Shown here in pieces: positions 61,017 to 64,000 of a stretch of 64,000 nucleotides of DNA. The stretch lies in contig JANQPI010000035.1 of NCBI GenBank assembly GCA_028289585.1, positions 30,717 through 94,716 of the forward strand, read 5' to 3'. The notes below the pieces were generated by a model that was not told the origin of the DNA, did not search any database, and saw only the letters and a program-made list of their open reading frames with translations. Origin of the DNA: Candidatus Zixiibacteriota bacterium (GTDB lineage Bacteria > Zixibacteria > MSB-5A5 > GN15 > FEB-12). A program made the translations under genes and the position numbers. Position 1 is the first letter of the stretch; each line of letters begins with the position of its first letter.

Positions 61017-62335
61017 GTGCCGTACCGTACGAACTGCTGCATGAGCGTGTCGAACAGGTCACCACGGTTCGTCACTACGGCAAGGTCAGCCAGGTTGTTG
61101 GCCTCGTGGTTGAATCAGCCGGACCAGCCGTCCCTATTGGCCGGCTCTGCATGATCGAAAATCATGAGACTGGTGTGCGCCTTCCGGCCGAAGTCGTTGG
61201 TTTTCGTGATGATCGTATTCTGTTGATGCCCTACGGATCGCTCTCGGGAATAACACCCGGCGCAATTGTCACTTCGATATCTGATCAACTTCGCGTCCCT
61301 GTTGGTGACGGCCTCATTGGTCGCGTTTTGGGCGGCCTTGGCGAACCAATCGATGGACGAGGTCCAATCCTATCGACAACCAACCGCTGCGTTGCCGGTC
61401 ATCCGGTGCCCGTCCTCAGTCGACGACGGATCACGGAATCACTCAGCACAGGCGTCGCGGCTCTTGATCTGATGACGACGGTGGGGCGGGGGCAGCGGCT
61501 CGGGATCTTTGCCGGATCCGGTGTTGGGAAATCAGTCCTGCTCGGCATGCTGGCGCGCGGATCGTCGGCCGATGTGACTGTTATTGGGCTGATTGGCGAA
61601 CGTGGACGTGAAGTTCGAGATTTCGTTGAAAAAGAACTCGGCCCCAACGGGCTCAAGCGCTCGGTCGTGGTCGCTGTGTCGAGTGATCAACCACCACTCG
61701 TTCGGATCAAGGGAGCTATGGTGGCAACCGCGATTGCCGAACAGTTTCGAGATGAAGGGAAAGACGTTCTCTTTCTTCTCGACTCCATTACGCGCGTCGC
61801 GATGGCTCAGCGCGAGATCGGGTTGGCCGTCGGTGAACCACCGGCTACCAAGGGATACACACCGTCGGTCTTCACGCTTCTCCCGACACTTCTGGAACGA
61901 GCCGGATCGACCGACACCGGTTCCATCACCGGACTCTACACCGTTTTTGTCGAAGCCGATGATTTTAACGAGCCGATCTCCGATGCCGTGCGGTCGATTC
62001 TCGATGGTCATATCACGCTGTCTCGCCGTCTCGCGCGACGGAATCAGTATCCGGCGATCGACTACCTCGATTCAATCTCACGACTCATGCGCGATGTGGT
62101 TACGCCCGATGATGTCGAGTTGGCTGGGGCGGTCAGGGAACTTGCGGCGGCGTACGCCGAAGCGGAAGACCTGATTACGATCGGTGCGTATGTGAGCGGT
62201 TCGGATCCCAAGATCGACCGTGCGATAGCAACGATGCCAAAGATTGATCGCCTGTTTCGTCAGCAGATCGACGAGATCGTCGATCCCGCAGCGGCGCGAT
62301 CGGAACTCCGGGCAATTCTCGCTGACGGCACATGA
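61013..62335 (+). CDS. fliI: Flagellum-specific ATPase FliI
   Basis: Walker A GIFAGSGVGKSVLLGM, Walker B VLFLLDSITRVA, PAIDYLDSISR. Confidence 0.96.
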   Translation: MSAVPYELLHERVEQVTTVRHYGKVSQVVGLVVESAGPAVPIGRLCMIENHETGVRLPAEVVGFRDDRILLMPYGSLSGITPGAIVTSISDQLRVPVGDGLIGRVLGGLGEPIDGRGPILSTTNRCVAGHPVPVLSRRRITESLSTGVAALDLMTTVGRGQRLGIFAGSGVGKSVLLGMLARGSSADVTVIGLIGERGREVRDFVEKELGPNGLKRSVVVAVSSDQPPLVRIKGAMVATAIAEQFRDEGKDVLFLLDSITRVAMAQREIGLAVGEPPATKGYTPSVFTLLPTLLERAGSTDTGSITGLYTVFVEADDFNEPISDAVRSILDGHITLSRRLARRNQYPAIDYLDSISRLMRDVVTPDDVELAGAVRELAAAYAEAEDLITIGAYVSGSDPKIDRAIATMPKIDRLFRQQIDEIVDPAAARSELRAILADGT

Positions 62336-62781
62336 AACGGTTCCGCTATCGTCTTGAACCACTGTTGACGCGAGCGCGCCAGCAGGAAGAGCAACGCCAG
62401 CGTGACCTGGCAGCGGCTGAAACGAAGGTGCGAAACCAGCAGCAGAGGCTGATCGAACTGGCCGACCGCAAACAGGGTACAGTCGAGCGTATGCGCCAAC
62501 AGATGTTGAGCTCCTTGTCGGTCAGCGCCCTTTCTCGATCCTATCGGCACCTGGTGATTACGAAACGGGATCAAGTAACCGGTGCGGAAGTGTTACGGTC
62601 GCTTCAGCAAACCGCTGCCGGCGCACGAGATGACCTCACTATCGCAATGCGGGAGCGGAAGAAATACGAGAAACTGAAAGAGCGTCAACGAGACCGGCAT
62701 CGAACCGCCGCCGAGGAACGCGAGCGGAAAGAACTCGATGAGCTTTCGATTCAGCGGTACCGGTTTACCCGCGCTACTTGA
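62332..62781 (+). CDS. fliJ: Flagellar export chaperone-like protein FliJ
   Basis: ATGA overlap with fliI. 149-aa coiled coil MKRFRYRLEPLLTRARQQEEQRQRDLAAAE.... Confidence 0.8.
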   Translation: MKRFRYRLEPLLTRARQQEEQRQRDLAAAETKVRNQQQRLIELADRKQGTVERMRQQMLSSLSVSALSRSYRHLVITKRDQVTGAEVLRSLQQTAAGARDDLTIAMRERKKYEKLKERQRDRHRTAAEERERKELDELSIQRYRFTRAT

Positions 62782-64000
62782 GCAACACCATCTTTCGGGT
62801 TTCGCGATACGCCTCATCGGCAACCAGTCGATAGAAATAGATGCCAGAAGCCAGCCGTTGGCCGGATGACGACCGTCCATCGAACGTTACGCGATGCGCT
62901 CCGGCGGGATACGGACCGTCGATCAGTGACCTTACGCGGCGCCCCAGAACGTTGAATACTTCCAGGCGTACTTGTCCCGACTTGGCCAGTTCGAACTCGA
63001 TGACCGTTTCCGGATTGAACGGATTCGGATAGTTCTGAGCAAGACGATACGATCCCGGTAGTCCGTCAAGTTCGTCGTCCACATCGGTCGGAATGCGAAT
63101 CTGGACACCACCTGGTGTCACCTGCGGAATAATCAACCCGCCGCCGAACTCGGGGGAGAGGCGAAGTGATGTGAAGAAACCGGAGGCGTATTCAAACGTA
63201 TCGATCGGGACAAATGACTCCGTTGCCGTATCGGCTACGGTGAAGTGAATTCGTGCCGCAATACCTGAGCCTGCAGATAACGAATCTCCCGCGGGATAGT
63301 CAGCCACGATCAGAATACCTCGGTCGAATCCGCGTGTTTGTACCGACGGAAAGATTGGTGGGAGAAAGCGCGTGGATTGAAAACTGACGGAATCATAGAT
63401 GAGATCGTTGTTGCCATACTGCAGCGACAACACGACGCGATCAACGGCGAGCTCATTGAAGAGACCCACATCAACAATCACGTTACCGTTGGGTTCGCCG
63501 GTTACCGATGCCACCCAAACCGAATCGAGCGTCATTGGTGTCTGCTGGATATCAATTGAACCCGGTGTGACAACCGGTTTGTACGACGCAACCTCGCCGT
63601 CTTCGGTGAACGACGTACTAAACGTGATCTGAATCTCCGTAACGGTCACCGTGTCAATGCCAATGAGCGCCGGTGCTATCGACGACGGAAATCGGCAGTA
63701 GAGATTGCCAAGCAGGCCACTTCCCGGCGGGATCGAATTACCCAGTGAGGGAAGAACGAAGACGTTAGCCGTTTGATTATCGCGGTTCGATGCCCCCTGA
63801 AACGAGACGCCTTCGACACGACCACCAACGAACGAAAACGAATCGATCGTTACTTCCGCGGAACCAACCCGCATCGTCACCTCGATCGCTCCAAGGGCGA
63901 CGTCGTTCGCAAAGGTCACCGGGATAGTGACACTCCCAATGGCCGGAAATGTCGATACGGAACCGATGGTAAGTGAGTCCGGCGCACCGGTGTCAACGCC
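62774..64000 (-). CDS. Surface/secreted protein with a T9SS-type (Por) C-terminal sorting domain; the N-terminus lies outside the window
   Basis: The minus-strand frame is open to nt 64000 (no stop upstream of the GTG at 63919). The C-terminus LAQNYPNPFNPETVIEFELAKSGQVRLEVFNVLGRRVRSLIDG...ASGIYFYRLVADE...KMVLLK matches the T9SS type A / FlgD-Ig-like sorting domain. The 3' end overlaps fliJ by 8 nt. Confidence 0.75.
   Translation of the reverse strand, partial: GVDTGAPDSLTIGSVSTFPAIGSVTIPVTFANDVALGAIEVTMRVGSAEVTIDSFSFVGGRVEGVSFQGASNRDNQTANVFVLPSLGNSIPPGSGLLGNLYCRFPSSIAPALIGIDTVTVTEIQITFSTSFTEDGEVASYKPVVTPGSIDIQQTPMTLDSVWVASVTGEPNGNVIVDVGLFNELAVDRVVLSLQYGNNDLIYDSVSFQSTRFLPPIFPSVQTRGFDRGILIVADYPAGDSLSAGSGIAARIHFTVADTATESFVPIDTFEYASGFFTSLRLSPEFGGGLIIPQVTPGGVQIRIPTDVDDELDGLPGSYRLAQNYPNPFNPETVIEFELAKSGQVRLEVFNVLGRRVRSLIDGPYPAGAHRVTFDGRSSSGQRLASGIYFYRLVADEAYRETRKMVLLK

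Noticed and set aside
1-64000. Search for CRISPR arrays, IS elements, integrases, phage genes, rRNA, toxin-antitoxin pairs or known defence-system signatures.
   Set aside because: I saw no direct-repeat/spacer periodicity, no transposase or integrase motifs (DDE, or tyrosine recombinase R-H-R-Y context) and no rRNA-like sequence. The only compositional island is the single ORF at 16202-17467, and it has no flanking repeats that I could detect.

Overview
This is a 64 kb window of high-GC bacterial chromosome, roughly 57-62% GC in lines I hand-sampled. It is almost fully coding and mostly on the + strand. I support about 63 CDS and one tRNA-Gly(CCC). I found no rRNA, CRISPR array, transposase, integrase or prophage signature.

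Gene content falls into modules:
1. Envelope and LPS-type genes, 1-14376. These are a sugar transferase fragment, a PEGA protein, an FN3 lipoprotein, uppP, a heptosyltransferase-GmhB fusion, a zincin/TolB-like/Omp85 chimera, a BamB-like lipoprotein and a HEAT-repeat protein.
2. A heat-shock cluster, hsp20 - dnaJ/cbpA-like - low-GC orphan ORF - clpB (14634-20107). A regularly spaced palindrome array lies upstream of it.
3. A minus-strand SRPBCC / class II photolyase / secreted-protein operon.
4. A leucine/isovalerate or acyclic-terpene type acyl-CoA carboxylase cluster. It contains AtuA-like, carboxyltransferase, enoyl-CoA hydratase, biotin carboxylase and separate BCCP genes. After two antisense beta-barrel OMP genes come thiolase, hbd, two acyl-CoA dehydrogenases, bioY and ilvE.
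5. Housekeeping genes: rpiB, glyA, an MTH1187-family gene, cutA, a TPR gene, nrdR, tatC, tRNA-Gly, a DUF512 radical-SAM gene and der.
6. A co-directional signalling block, 44209-54279. It contains a GAF-PP2C phosphatase, an RsbW-like kinase, a STAS antagonist, a 635-aa HEAT-repeat protein, a REC protein, CheR, two CheY-like proteins, a minimal HPt+HATPase CheA-like protein, a PAS histidine kinase and a sigma-54 activator.
7. That block leads directly into motAB and flgB-flgC-orf-fliE-fliF-fliG-fliH-fliI-fliJ. A convergent gene for a T9SS C-terminal-sorting-domain protein ends the window.

Many genes are joined by 1- or 4-nt start/stop overlaps, which suggests translational coupling in long operons.

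The most interesting candidates are:
- the receptor-less Che-like / partner-switching / HEAT block upstream of the flagellar genes;
- the orphan low-GC ORF inside the heat-shock operon;
- the four phased TGCC-N5-GGCA palindromes upstream of hsp20;
- the POTRA-less Omp85 chimera with its overlapping BamB-like partner.

Taxonomy is inference only. Flagella combined with a T9SS-type sorting domain and PEGA/FN3 surface proteins suggest an uncultivated FCB-superphylum-like lineage. All domain calls rest on motif recognition by eye; no database search was run.
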